Origin: an uncultured bacterium
GTDB taxonomy: Bacteria > Krumholzibacteriota > Krumholzibacteriia > WVZY01 > JAKEHA01
Assembly: GCA_965371015.1 (NCBI GenBank)
Contig: CBDUWU010000003.1
Span: forward strand, 1-40,855
DNA length: 40,855 bases
Reading direction: 5' to 3'
Part shown: positions 39,790 to 40,855 of the stretch, piece by piece
Layout: each line of letters opens with the position of its first letter
How positions within the stretch are numbered: the stretch's first letter is position 1
Notes under the pieces: generated by a model
The model's input: only the letters and a program-made list of their open reading frames with translations
Told to the model about the DNA's origin: nothing
Database searches by the model: none
Position numbers and translations under genes: made by a program

Positions 39790-40855
39790 ATGAAGAAGAC
39801 TTTGGTTATCTCTCTGTGCCTGCTTCTGGTCGCGTCCTTTGCGCTGGCCCGGAACGTAGACAAGGGAACGACGGATCTCAAGATTCGGAGCGAGACCGCC
39901 GTTACTGATAACAATGCAATGGCGAATCTGGGATTGGGCGTGCACCGGGCTGCGGCCGCGGACACGACCGTCCTGGCATACTACACGTTTGATGCTGGTC
40001 CGAACTGCGTCACGGAGGGCTTTGCGACGGCTGACATCACAGCCCAGACCGGTGACTGGTTTCACGTCGATGACTTCGCAGGTCTCGGCGGCGGTGTTAC
40101 GGGCCTGCTGGTACCCCTCGAAGGCGCCCAGTCTCTCTGGTGCGGCGTCCGCGAGAATTTAGCCAGCTTGATTCTCTGTGGTTATGCCACCATGCCCGGA
40201 TATGGTAACACCTGGAACCAGGCGTTCTGTACGGCCAACTGTTTGGTTGTCACTACAGGCGTTGCGGTTAATTTCAGCATCTTCTGGGATTCAGAGGGTG
40301 ACTATGACGCCACGACGCTCCAGATGGACCTTTGCGACGACGTATGGGTCGACCTGTACGGCGGCATCGGCGTCTGGGACGGCATGGGCACCGACACGAT
40401 GTCCGTCGCTATTTCCGACACTCTGCACACAGGAACGCTCCGTGTGCGCTTCAATTTCAATGCGGACGGCGCCTGGTCTGACCAGGACGGCCTCTGGAAC
40501 ACGGATGGCGCTGTCCTCATCGACGAGTTGGGTATCACCGACGCGGGCGGCGACGTCCTCGCCGTTGAGGACTTCGAAGGCGAAGCCGTCGGCGACACCG
40601 ACGCTACCGACTGGGTTTCCTGTACGCCTCCGGGCTACGGAGACTACGGAGCGCTGTATCCAGGTCTGACTCTCGTCCAGGAAGATCCCTGCCGCAGCGA
40701 TTACAGCTGTATGTGGACCTTCTACACGGGATCGACCGTGGACTACTCGTGCGGTGGCTGGCCTGCCCAGACTGCCGTACCTTACGAGAACAGCCGCAAT
40801 CAGTACATCATCAGCGAAGTCTGGTCCCCCGACATGGCAGTAGCGGGAGCCGGCT
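39790..40855 (+). CDS. Large secreted Cys/Asp/Trp-rich protein, 3'-truncated by the window edge (absent from the ORF track)
   Basis: Manually translated open frame from ATG 39790: MKKTLVISLCLLLVASFALA signal peptide, then ...WFHVDDF...SLWCG...GYGNTWNQ...DSEGDYD...RFNFNADGAWSDQDG..., no stop before 40855. Confidence 0.85.
   Translation, partial: MKKTLVISLCLLLVASFALARNVDKGTTDLKIRSETAVTDNNAMANLGLGVHRAAAADTTVLAYYTFDAGPNCVTEGFATADITAQTGDWFHVDDFAGLGGGVTGLLVPLEGAQSLWCGVRENLASLILCGYATMPGYGNTWNQAFCTANCLVVTTGVAVNFSIFWDSEGDYDATTLQMDLCDDVWVDLYGGIGVWDGMGTDTMSVAISDTLHTGTLRVRFNFNADGAWSDQDGLWNTDGAVLIDELGITDAGGDVLAVEDFEGEAVGDTDATDWVSCTPPGYGDYGALYPGLTLVQEDPCRSDYSCMWTFYTGSTVDYSCGGWPAQTAVPYENSRNQYIISEVWSPDMAVAGAG

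Overview
GC-rich chromosomal segment of a diderm bacterium. The PorV-family gene, CTD/FlgD-tailed secreted proteins, short SigA-type sigma factor and lpxH suggest an FCB-superphylum lineage such as Krumholzibacteria/Latescibacteria (inference). From about 14.8 kb onward it is mostly housekeeping and envelope genes: lpxH, htrA, sigma-70 factor, M23 peptidase, amidase, cdaR, PTS IIA, vanZ-family, hisS, aspS, a LysM lipoprotein, and phoH-7TM/HD-ybeY-CorC/hemolysin-DUF502-mgtE-recO-glyQ-glyS. It ends in a truncated large secreted protein that the ORF track missed. The most interesting part is 3.8-10.5 kb. A sigma70-driven 104-aa secreted peptide gene sits directly upstream of a TPR-GAF-AAA+-HTH sigma54 activator. 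Next come tandem AT-rich palindromes (candidate enhancer), a perfect sigma54 promoter, and a ~270-nt highly structured non-coding RNA ending in U8. A second perfect sigma54 promoter precedes a lipoprotein-DUF4384 operon whose trailer carries three tandem ~61-nt hairpins with an apical UCAGGGG loop. My hypothesis is an undescribed peptide-sensing circuit that combines RRNPP-like input with LuxO/Qrr-like sigma54-sRNA output. All domain calls come from motif recognition by eye; no searches or folding programs were run. No rRNA, tRNA, transposase, phage or CRISPR-Cas was seen.
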